Positions 25,251 through 36,355 of a DNA stretch of 64,000 bases are shown here, in pieces. Made by a program: the position numbers and the translations under genes. The notes beneath the pieces are model-generated. The model searched no databases. It was not told the DNA's origin and worked only from the letters and a program-made list of their open reading frames with translations. Each line of letters starts with the position of its first letter. Position 1 is the first letter of the stretch. The stretch is from Paragordius varius (lineage: Eukaryota; Animalia; Nematomorpha): NCBI GenBank assembly GCA_964247055.1, contig OZ176052.1:1798001-1862000 (forward strand), in the 5' to 3' direction.

Positions 25251-28200
25251 TCATACACGGGTCTCCAAATAAAAAAGCCCTAAACATAAAAAAATAAAAA
25301 AATTTAAATTATATTGTTAATGTAAAAGTGTTATTTAAAACTTACTGTATGTTTCTCGAATAATACAATCAGTCATCACAGGTTCATAATCGCATGTACA
25401 ACCCTTGCATTCCAACAAACCTATTCCTGGTAAGCCTGAATCTGGAGACGGTTCCTCGCAAGGTGAAGGGGTCCATGTAAAATACTGAGGTTCGTCATTA
25501 AATCTTACTGTTTTTTTCGGAACAGTTTTTTCTACATTTAATTAAAGATGTAGAAAGATTATAAAATTGCTTTTTGCATTGATCTCGTTATTGTAAAAAA
25601 TGTTTCGAAATATTCATTTTACCGTTTGATTCAGGCGAAGTACAATCTTCATCGCATGAATTCTCGCTTTCTATCTGATTGATTTCTGACCAACTAGGTT
25701 CTGGATAAAACAGTTCTCCGACAGGGGAAGTCGGAGTCCAACGGAAATATTGAACGTCTTCATTGAAAACCACTCTTTTTGGGATATTTGGTTCTAGTTA
25801 AATAAATTTTTATTTTATGGGTATTATTAAAGGGACTACCCAAAAATATTTAACTATGTTTAGTTTTATTTTAAGTTTTAATAAAAATCATAAAATAGTT
25901 TTTTACCATTTTTGCATCCATTTCGGCCCTTAATGTTGGATTTCTTTTGAATCGCATCAGGCTTACCAGGTGGACAAACAACTAATGCATAGTAAAATTG
26001 ATTTTGTAATATTAATACCTAAATAATTTTTTAAATAAATTCAGAACATTAGAGCATATTGATCTCACATTTAAAAATTTAACAGTTAATAAATGCATGT
26101 TCGTCAGATCTGATACACAAATAAGTATTGACACAAAATTTTATTTTAAAATACACCTAAATTTTGGTTTTATGAGTATAATTTCTGTATATTATAATTT
26201 TCAAGATAGTGCTTTATGCCTAAGGTGACCAGATTTTTTGAAGGAAAAAGCGGGACAAATCTGATAAGGGAGGGGGTCATTGGGGAGTACAACCAAAAAT
26301 TTTTATACAAAAAATTTATTGTAATATTTATTTATTTTTAACACAAATACATTATTAATATATAAAAATTTGTACCTTACAGGTTGTTTGTACCTTATTC
26401 AATAAATTTACATGTGCACGAACAAAGGGTGAAGTGATTGTAATATTCTAGAAAAAAATAATAAAGACGAAATCATCACAAAGTGCGCTGGGTGATGCAA
26501 GCGGCACAAAAAATATTTTTAACAATTTAGCGAATAATTTTAATCAAAACATTATTGGCAGATACACAACGCTATTCAAACAGCTACTGATTTGTTACCC
26601 CTGGATGTGGGAAATATAGATGTTAACTTTGATATTAAAGAACTGCTGGTAAGCTCTTTAGCCAGCAATTGAAATATTTATAAAAATGTGATCTCCAAGA
26701 ATCCCATTTTTTATCACAGGACAAAGGTCAAAATTCCAAGTCAAAAAAGGTTAGAAAATAATTTTATACCATTACCTAATCTCAATATTATAAAGCATCC
26801 AGAAAAACAAGGCTCAATGAATAGCCAAAATATAAAAATGTTTTATACAAACAGAAAAGACAAGACGGTACACAATGACACTTTTTTATGAAGTCTCATT
26901 ATTAAATAAATATATTGAATGAAAACTTATATTATGGACAACAGAAAAAAATACGTAGGATAGAAATGGTTAAAATAATCATTTTTAAACAAATTACGTT
27001 CCATACAATATTATTTTAATTGTAGAATTTGCATTATCACCTGAACCACTGCTATTGAACGCGTTTTTCCACATTAAGTAAGGACACGGAATTAAATTTA
27101 AATGTTGAATAAAAGCCATTTTATGTGTTAAAATATAATTTGACAAATTATGAAGACTTATACAATATTTTACGTGATTTTGTTTATTTTTTTACACAAA
27201 AACTTTAAAGAAAATATTTTATTCTTTGGTATATTTTTTGTTTGAGAATGCGTTTTAGCAGATTGTCATCATTTTTTAAAATATTGTAGAAGTCTTCACA
27301 AGAATTTGTCAAATTATATTTGACAGATAAAACGGCCTTTATTTCAACATTTAGATTTGATTTTTCCGATGTCCACACCTGATTTACTGTGGAAAAAACG
27401 CGCTCAGTAGCAGCGTTGGTTCCAGGTAAAGATAGTGCGAATTCCACAATTTTTAAAATATTATTGTATGTAATATAGTTGGCTTCAAAATGATGAAATA
27501 TTTCCAACCATTTCTTTTCTACTGTATATTTTTCTTTTGTCCATAATTTAAGTTTTTCATTATTAATATATCTTTTAAATAATGATACTACAGAAAAAAG
27601 ATCATTTTCTGAAAGATTACTTTTTGATAATTTTTGGGAGCAGATATAATCAAATGATTTTTGAACATCGCACCAATTAAATTCTGATTTTAATGTTATC
27701 CAATGAAAATGATCAATTTCATTGAATTGCGTCGTCCAGTCTTCCTAATCTTTACAGTTTGTATAAAACATTTTTATATGGTACAGGATATCTTGGCGAT
27801 TTATTAAGCCTTGTTTTTCTAAATTATTTATTATATTGCGGATGGTTAATGGTTTAAATTATTTTCTAACCGTTCTTGACATTGGAATTTTAGGTTACTA
27901 ACTTCATTGGCTACTTCGATTTTCGAAATTTTGTCACCTTCTATAAATTTAATAACATTTTGAAAGAGAGAAGCTTGATTATGTAAGAATTCTAACCATA
28001 TTTTTGAACAATCACTTTCAAAAAACTTTTTTAAAGTTGTAGGACATTTGTCCTGTGATAATAAAAAAGATTTTAAAGGATCATACATTTTTAAAATTCT
28101 TTCGATAGCTGGCATAAAAGCTAACCAACGAGTTTTACAATATCCAAGCATTTTTGATATTGAACTTCTGCATTTTCACAGAATTCTTTAAGCGTTTCAA

Positions 28201-29816
28201 CACTACCGTGTATATATAAAAATAGGAATATATTTTAACAACTACATTTTCCACATCTAGCGGTAACAAATCAGCAGATGTTTGAATAGTGTTGTGTATT
28301 ATATGCGCTGCACACCCAACGCCAATAATGTTTTGATTAAGATTATCTGTTAATTTATGAAGAATATTTTTTTGTTCCTCTCCTTGCTTTTCCACCAAAG
28401 TTCATATTGGTGTTGTCAGCGCAATATACGATAATTATGTATTTTAAATTATTTTTTTGCATTATTGAAGTAAATATTATTTCGGAATTTTCACCGGGTA
28501 GGGAAATTAAATCTAAAATTTTAATTTTTACTCCGGTTTCTGAATCAAAATATCTCATCAAAGTGGGAAATAATTTTGTTTCATGGTGATTTGATGCATC
28601 AGAGTATAGCGATATGGAATTAATTTTCAGCAAATTTTTTTGTATTTCAGAAAATACATGGGCGAAAGGACATTCACACAATGGCTTCAGCCTTTGTACG
28701 GGCACATGTAAATTTTTTATGGAATAACGTGCGAATAACCTGTGAGGTACAGTCCATAGATCTAAAGGAGTGATTGTGATTAAGGGCGTGAAAAGATAAC
28801 ACGCCCTCAGCTAGTGCCAAATTCTTTTCTTCCTCTCCAAAAGCGGTTTTTCAAAAAAATCGCTCATTTTGTAAGATGATGCCGCCATATCTAAACATTT
28901 TTTATGTTTATGTGTTTCCATATGCTCTGTAATATCATGCTTGCCGCCATGTGCTAGGGTGAATTCCCCCTCGCATATATGACATTTAATAAATTATTCA
29001 TTCTTCGTTTTTTTAATAAAAGGAAAATCCTTCATTAATTCATCGTTAAATTTACAACCTCTTTTTGTGCTCATATTTATAAACTACTATTAGTGTAATA
29101 AATATTATATTACCTTAATTTTCTGTGATAAACGTGTAAGGTACCGATTTGTGGTATCAATTTGTCTTTTAAGCTACCGATTTGTGGTATTAATTTGGCT
29201 TTTTAATAATGTTGGCAAGTAATAAAACTAAAATATTAGTATAATAAATATTATATTACCTTAATTTTGTGAAATAAACGTGTAAGGTACCGATTTGTGG
29301 TATCGATTTGTCTTTTAATCTAGAGATTTGTGGTATTAACTTGGCTTTTTGATAATAATGACAGTAGTAACAGGAAGTATAGTGTATATTCACATGATAT
29401 AAATTCAAAAAAAATAAATATTTTTAATTTAAAATAAAAAATTTTAATTTAAAATTGACTAGATTTTAAAGATATTTAATGATAAAAAATTTAAACGGAC
29501 AAAAAAAATTTATTTGTATTAAAAAAAATTTTTTTTTATATAATCGTGAAAAAGCGGGACATTTAAAAACGTAGCAGGAAGCGGGACAAAGTGTGAAAAA
29601 GCGGGACTGTCCCGCCAAAAGCGGGACGTCTGGTCACCTTATTTATGCCCTAGTGTCTTAAAAAAAGGAACTCATCTCAAATTTATTTGAAAAAAAAATG
29701 TTTTTTTATAAAATTTTACATCATATAAATAAAATATAAATTTTTACCAACTAAGGCATCCTTCTCTTTCATCTTCCCAAAACAAGAAAACAGACGATTC
29801 CACCACTTTTTCAAAC
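25251..29816 (-). CDS. Small uncharacterised protein, putative PP1-targeting subunit (2x RVxF modules, C-terminal PDZ ligand); 5'-incomplete
   Basis: Minus-strand exons 29816-29748, 25981-25907, 25793-25623, 25531-25346, 25279-25251 (TGA), all with canonical AG/GT and all introns in phase 1. They join into one ORF: ..LKKWWNRLFSCFGKMKEKDALVVVCPPGKPDAIQKKSNIKGRNGCKNEPNIPKRVVFNEDVQYFRWTPTSPVGELFYPEPSWSEINQIESENSCDEDCTSPESNEKTVPKKTVRFNDEPQYFTWTPSPCEEPSPDSGLPGIGLLECKGCTCDYEPVMTDCIIRETYRLFYLETRV*. The exons stand out as GC-richer islands. Start exon not located. Confidence 0.72.
26430..27172 (+). pseudogene. Decayed, deletion-riddled inverted copy of the hAT transposase 3' half, inside the same element
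   Basis: Plus-strand blocks align with the reverse complement of 27275-28480, e.g. aatcaaaacattattggc, ctgatttgttacc.ct.gatgtgg, atcacaggacaaa, ggttagaaaataattt, aaaatgttttatacaaac, aaatataatttgacaaatt..gaagactt.tacaatatttt. Confidence 0.85.
27205..29074 (-). pseudogene. Frameshifted/nonsense-disrupted hAT transposase
   Basis: ATG at 29074 (MSTKRGCKFNDEL..), BED-like CHICE..H..H finger, SFRSMDCTSQVIR..FTCARTKAEA, SLYSDASNH (catalytic D region), GCAAHIIHN, KTRW, LSLPGTNAATERVFS (hAT dimerisation motif). These are split across several frames with internal stops. Confidence 0.93.
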
Positions 29817-32800
29817 CTGTAATTTAAAATTGATATTTAAGAATTTTTTAAAGATTAATCATTTTTGCAGCCCACGAGAAATTTAATATATATATAAGTT
29901 ACAAAATCTAAGTTAAATTGATTTTCTTAAACAAATTTTCTGAATGAGTCTTTGCGAATTTCGGCAATGAACCAAAAATTGAAAATAGTAATTTTTACAG
30001 TTTTATGTTTGATTTGTAATAATATATTTGTTAATTCCGACATATTTTAGGAATGCGGTCCGTCGGATTTGATATATTTTTTTGAAAAAAACCATTCGCC
30101 TCAATTCAAATTTTTATGAATAATATTTTGAAAAATTTGAAGCTTAAAACGTATTAACCTTGTCCGATAACACTTCTTTCATTAAATTTTTTCATTTGAC
30201 ACCGATAACAGGCAAAAAATTTTTTCATTGATATACGATGTAAATGTAATTTTCAGTAATAGTAAAATATTTATTTGATTGTTGCATTCTAAAATGTTTT
30301 ACCATTAGCTATCAAGTTTTAGTGATTATCATAAACACAAATTAAATATTTTTAATTATGTTAGGTGTTGTGTAATTACAAAATACTTATTTAATACTTT
30401 TGCACAAATTTAATGGCTTAAAAATTAGCCCGAACCCCAAAATAGCATTTGATTAATATTCTGTTATTTGTAAAATGGATAACATTTATTAAAAATATAC
30501 ATAATAAGATACATAATGCTGACTTATAAAACCCTACAATAATTTTAAACTAAAAAATAACTCATTTTGTTTTTATTGAAGATATAGATAAGTTAAACCA
30601 AGATCACAATATCTTAAACTTTGCCCGATTTTTAGTTATTTGTGGATTGTAAAATTTCAGCTAGATATCAAGGAATATTCCTTACATTAAACAGCCATAT
30701 CATAGGTTATTGGGTTCTTTTTAATAAAAAGTTAATGTAATTATTTTGTTTTTTCTTATATGAACTAATCTTTTTAGAGACCCGACAATCTTTTATGAAT
30801 AACTAGGAATGATTATATATGGCTATTTACTATGTTACGTTTGGCTATAACTGTATAAAAAATATCTAACATATAGGTACACATGACAAAAATTTCAATC
30901 AAAAATAGAATAACTCTTTCTATGTCTTTATTAAAAACAAAAATATAAAACAAAAATTGTATAAAACCTTTCCCGTTCGCTTTTCTTTCGCCATTTCTCA
31001 TCTTTCGAATCCAAAAAGTCATGATGAAAGATTTTATAGTTACAATTACTGATGTTAAAATATATTTAGATTTTTGAGTTAAATTGAGATTTATAAATGA
31101 TTGTTGCTTTAATCATACCCAGTGGTAATTATATGGTTACCATAAAAAAGTTCTTATAATTTTAAAAAATATCAATAATTAATTTTATGATAATAAACAT
31201 GGGAATCAAAAACCTTGCTTTAATATAAAATTCTCAAAAATATTTGTAATGTTCTTGGGGAAATTTCGTAAACGATGACCCAAAATTAAATTCATAAAAT
31301 TCGTAAGATCTAGACAAATATTTTTTTTTAAAAAAACTGTTTTCTGTCTTCTTTAAAATATTTGTCGCTTAGTTTTTACGGTTCTCTGTACAAACTTTTT
31401 TTATATCATTAATAATCTAATCTTAGTAGGGAAAGGTTAGTTGGACCAATCACAATGAGTTATTGGGAAAAAAATAAAAAAAAATGTAAAATTTTAATTT
31501 AAATTTTCCATAAAAATTTATCATATTTAAACTATTAAAAACGATTTGAACATTTGTTTTGTTTGATTATAGAAGATATATTTCATATTTGTAGGAATGT
31601 TACCATTTATGAAATTGAACGACTCCAATAATAAGCAATCAGAGGACCAAAACTCTACCATACTGTCAAAAAAAGCGTCGGCAGAACATTATATATGTAT
31701 TAACAGTTGTTAAAATCTATAAGATAACGACAAAGGAAATTTAAATAGAATTAAATGAAAGTATAAATAGGAATTATAAACGATATGTGAAACCCAATGT
31801 GTGCTAAATATTAAAATCATACAAATAAACGTAAAAAATATTTTTTTGTCACTAGAAGACAACGATATATTTTTAATCTTTAATTCTGTATAAACTATAT
31901 TACTCTTAAAAACCCAATTCACATGACTATTTCATACTTTGCAGTTTAATGAATTATATCTAAAAATTATGGATGACAAAAGAAGAGCTGCCTTGTAAAT
32001 AATTATTTGTCTTTATGTTTTTACATTTTTGTCTGTATAATTTCAATTTTATGATGGCGACAGGCAGCTTAAAATAACCATTAATCCACATATGATTATC
32101 AATAAACTAAAAATAGCTAACATAAATGAATTACTCACACTCAACCGTGCACTCTATTAAGATCAAATACTAAAATAGTAATCAGAAAGATCTTTGACGA
32201 CAAAAAATTGAGTTTTATATCATTTAAAAATACTTTTTGAATTTTTCTTTGATACCAGGGGTCAAACTTACCAGCGAACCAAACACCAAAAACCAAAATG
32301 CTATCAAATAATTTTTTTAATAAAAAATTTATATATATATATAATATTATGGGAATAGATGCGTAAAAAGGTTAGTTTAAACACTTCACGTAATGAAATT
32401 TCTTTTATTTTTTAGGAAAAAAGTTTGAATTAATTTATGCTACTTTTGTATATAAATTTGGTTATATTGGCCATGATTATACATAGCTGGTCATACATTC
32501 CGTACCTGCACATCAACGGATATTAAATTTTATATTAACCAGCGGAATTCCCCTGCCAAAACACATATAATATTGTATATAAATTACAATACTCAATAAT
32601 ATGTAGTTTTAAGCTTTTGGAATTCATGAGATAAATCTTAAGAATTTTGTACTGGCTCTTAAGTGTAATATGCCTCCCATTGAATATTCTAATTGAAACT
32701 TTCCCGAATATACCATCCAGGTATATCAAAACTTTTAAACCTTTACAATTAATTATCATGCAACCAAAATAATTCAAAAGTTAGGCACAACCGGATTTTT

Positions 32801-33131
32801 TTAAATTTTTGTAATATACCTATAAAGTTAAAAAAAGTAAATGTATTTGGACACTATATTAAATTTTATTGCTACTTTCTATATTATAATTTCTAAATAA
32901 TGCATATTTGGATGTATGAGTGTTGTGTAATGATATCTAGACATAATTGCTTCTGGGAATTCGGCATATATGGTTTAATTCATTGTTATCCGCTTCAATC
33001 CACATCTCATAGCTTCAATTAAACACTCTCATCGGACTATGTTAAAAAATACGATATAAAAACATATTTCTGCAGTTCAATGCTGATGTGGCTTTTTTAT
33101 GTTTATTTCAATAAAAATATTAAGATTTACA

Positions 33132-33404
33132 TACCATTAACAGTTTAAATTCACCCTTGAACGATTCAAATTCACATAAAAATAGATTGTGTTGTTTAAG
33201 ATATAAATTTACCTGTGTTGTTTAAGATATAAATTTACCTATATTAAAAAAAATTAAATTGAGATATTTATATAATCTGAAAAAATAATAAACTATGCCA
33301 AAAAGGTATATTTCATATTCATGCTTTATATCAGCCCGAAAACATTAATTTATTTTTGGAGTGAATTTGAATTGTTCAAAGGTGAATTTGAAGTGTAAAT
33401 GGTA
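33132..33404. mobile_element. MITE family P3 (TIR TACCATTTACA..TCAAATTCACCCTTGAACAATTCAAATTCACCC)
   Basis: About 45-bp imperfect TIRs with internal gggtgaatttgaa repeats. Relatives at 1343-1586, 5399-5640, 13447-13699, 20885-21161 and at the homologous copy-B positions. Confidence 0.75.
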
Positions 33405-34225
33405 TATTAGAGTATTAATTTATCCCAACACCTTAAAAATTGTTTATCTTGCAAGAGGTTGTTTCTACAATTTTCAAAACTAGATCCAATTTTGAGTAAA
33501 TCTAGCTCATTATTTGTTAGATAATTATTGTAAAAAACTTTAAATTTTATCTGATTTTTACTATGACACCTATATACTTTGTGAATTTAGCTTTTTAAAA
33601 ATTCACCATAAAATACTTATCATAACTGGCAATGAAAATGTGTCGCATTTTTTTCATAATCAGTTAAGGTTTCTGGAAAAATGTCTTTGGAATTTGTGAG
33701 AAACCATATGACAATCTTCCGTAGTAAGGGAAGACAAACATGCTTTGTTTGAAATTTTTGATCGTCACCTTATTTTTGCAAAAATTTATTATGTTAATAA
33801 CCATATAAATTATAATAAAAAAAATGCTAAAAATTTATTTATTTAAATCTGAATGAACAATGTTTCCTAAAACAACAGGGAATTTTTAAGAAAATTTGAC
33901 TGATTTTTAACCAAAATATTACTTCATCCTCAACTGGTTCTGAGAATTAATTCCCTGGCACATAAAAGTAAACTCGGTAAGTTTGGCATGGAAAAACCAC
34001 CAGCCATCTTCACTTCAATCCGTATTCCACACCAAAAAGGGGGAAGTAGATTTATTTGTTGACCTTATTAAAATATAATACGACAAAATGTAAAAATATA
34101 TATACTAACATTTTTTTCAAAGGCAGCCTACATTTTTAAATTTGGATTTTTTCTACACAAACTATTTACATATAATTTAAACCAATCTGCAATCCAAAAG
34201 AATAAGTTATAATTGAAAAATTTAA

Positions 34226-35154
34226 CAGGGCTTGGAACCATTTCAAAAAAATGGAACCGGGACCGGGTCGCTTCCTGAACAAGCGGAACCGAAACCGCGT
34301 TGGTTCTTAGGAATTAATAGAACCAGACGGTTCCTGAAATTTTGGAACCGGAACTGGGGTGGTTCCTAAAATGGAACCGGAACATTGGTTCCTTAAAAAT
34401 TTAGCGGTTCCGGAACTGGTTCTTTGCATTTAGGACCGGTTCCATTTTCGGTTCCTGACTTTTAATCAAATTATTTACAAAATTATTATTATGATAATAC
34501 AACTAAAATGTTTAAACAATTTATTATGAATTGCCAAATACATAGTGAAAGAAATCTAGCGTAACATAATATATGAAACAAATTTTAAAAATGTTATAGG
34601 AAAATGTATAAATACAAAGGTATAAAATGAGAATTAAATTAAGTATGGCATCCTAAAAAAACTTTATTTAACTAAAAAATTATAGCACCAAGCAATTCGC
34701 TGGTCACACTGCTTCTCAAGTCTAAAATAGAAAATTAAGGGTGAAAAATATCTTTCAACGGAGACCTATATATATGAACATATGTATTATAAATAAACTT
34801 TATGATTTATTTTTTTTATAAAAAGTCGAATCGTCCAAAAGAGAGTAGTATCGCTAATATTCGCTTAGTTTAAGGTTTGAAGTATGTAATGTGTAGTATT
34901 TAAATTTAAATAATTTAATAAAATTTCTATGATAAAAATCATATGGGAACCAGTATTTAAGGAAGTGGAACCGGAACCGGGTTGGTTCTTAAAAATTTAT
35001 AGATAGAACTGGTTCCTAAATTTTTAGAATCAGTACTGGAGTGGTTCCCGGAGAGGTAAAACCGAGACCGCGTGGGTCATCCCAATGGAACCGATTCTTA
35101 TTAAAATCCCAGGAACAGGGTTCCGGTTCCATGCGGTTTCGGTTCCAAGCCCTA
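34226..35154. mobile_element. Non-autonomous hAT element/MITE, 929 bp
   Basis: TIR (C/T)AGGGCTTGGAACC at both ends; 8-bp flanks AAATTTAA / AAAATTAA (7/8 match, TSD); many subterminal GGAACC/GGTTCC motifs; AT-rich non-coding core. Confidence 0.88.
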
Positions 35155-35624
35155 AAAATTAACTTTTGAAACATTACGATGCTTTTTTTAAAACATATTT
35201 GCTTTTTTGTTTTAAGTAACTGGTTAAAAAACAATGCTTTATTATACAGCAGGAAACAGTTTACTTTAAAAATAACTTTAATGGACGTTTTAACTTTTTT
35301 TTAAAATATTAATTTTAACCAGTAAAAATAAGAAGGATAACCGGAAAACAAATTAACTGCTATCTTTAATGTAGACAAAAAATGTTAATATTTCGCCGAT
35401 TAGCCAAATCTATATGTGTTTGGTCATTATTTTTATATAATTAATACACTCCTTAGAACAACCTTTTAGTTTTTAAATATAATTCATTACCTCTAATATT
35501 TAAAATTATCAAGTTTTATATGAAACATTAATTTAAACCACTATATTTTTATGTTTTTTTAAACAAAAATTTATATTTATAAAAACAATAAGTTTATCCA
35601 CCTATGCATTGAATCAACTGAGAA

Positions 35625-36298
35625 ATGGATGATATTTTTAAAAAAGTTTTGGAATTTTTGCCTGGGTCAAATAATGATATATTAAAAGCAATTGAAAGTA
35701 ATAATTATTTTATATATATAAATAATTGATAAACTTCATCTACTTTTATGTGAAGAGATTTCATATATAACTTTACAAATATAATCGATAATTGTATATA
35801 ATTATTGTCCGATTTTTATGATTTGATTAGGAAATATACTCACTAATAAACAAATACATTTAACTCAAATTTAACACCATAATTAATATGAAAAAGTTTT
35901 TAAAACAAAATGTTTTTTTTAAAATGTTTATCGATAAAATTACCTCAATTAACGGAATCGGAAAAATAAGATATATCAATAAAATTAAAAAAAAGTATTT
36001 TGAACGAAAGTGTTTTTAAATCACATTATTATTTTTATATGCGAAAATTAGGTAAATTAATTATTGGAAACGTAGGTTAATGCATATCAATTTACATATG
36101 TCCCAATTATATTTTTTTATTCCATATTAAAAAAATCAAATTTTTTATACAAAATTATATATATATATATATATAATATAATATAATTTGGGTATTATAT
36201 TATATGTTTTGAGAGATAAAAATTGTCACACCGATTCATAATGGGATTCGTTGATTTTTATTGATAAAATATTTTATTATACCTGCCGATCATTAACC

Positions 36299-36355
<57 letters not shown>

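Larger units (their letters stand above)
26221..29641 (-). mobile_element. hAT DNA transposon (Blackjack-like), full length 3421 bp, inside intron of the minus-strand gene
   Basis: Perfect 13-bp TIR TAAGGTGACCAGA (26221-26233 / 29629-29641); perfect 8-bp TSD TTTATGCC (26213-26220 / 29642-29649); subterminal GCGGGAC repeats; about 150-bp direct repeat at 29085-29350; internal transposase remnants. Confidence 0.95.

Noticed and set aside
30813-32777. Minus-strand ORFs 30813-31022, 31710-31922, 32535-32777 as genes
   Set aside because: No recognisable motif, no phase-consistent splice chain, and AT-driven composition.
34226-35154. GGAACC/GGTTCC and GCGGGAC (29553-29627) arrays as CRISPR-like repeats
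   Set aside because: Short, irregularly spaced, in both orientations and confined to TE subtermini; eukaryotic context with no cas genes.
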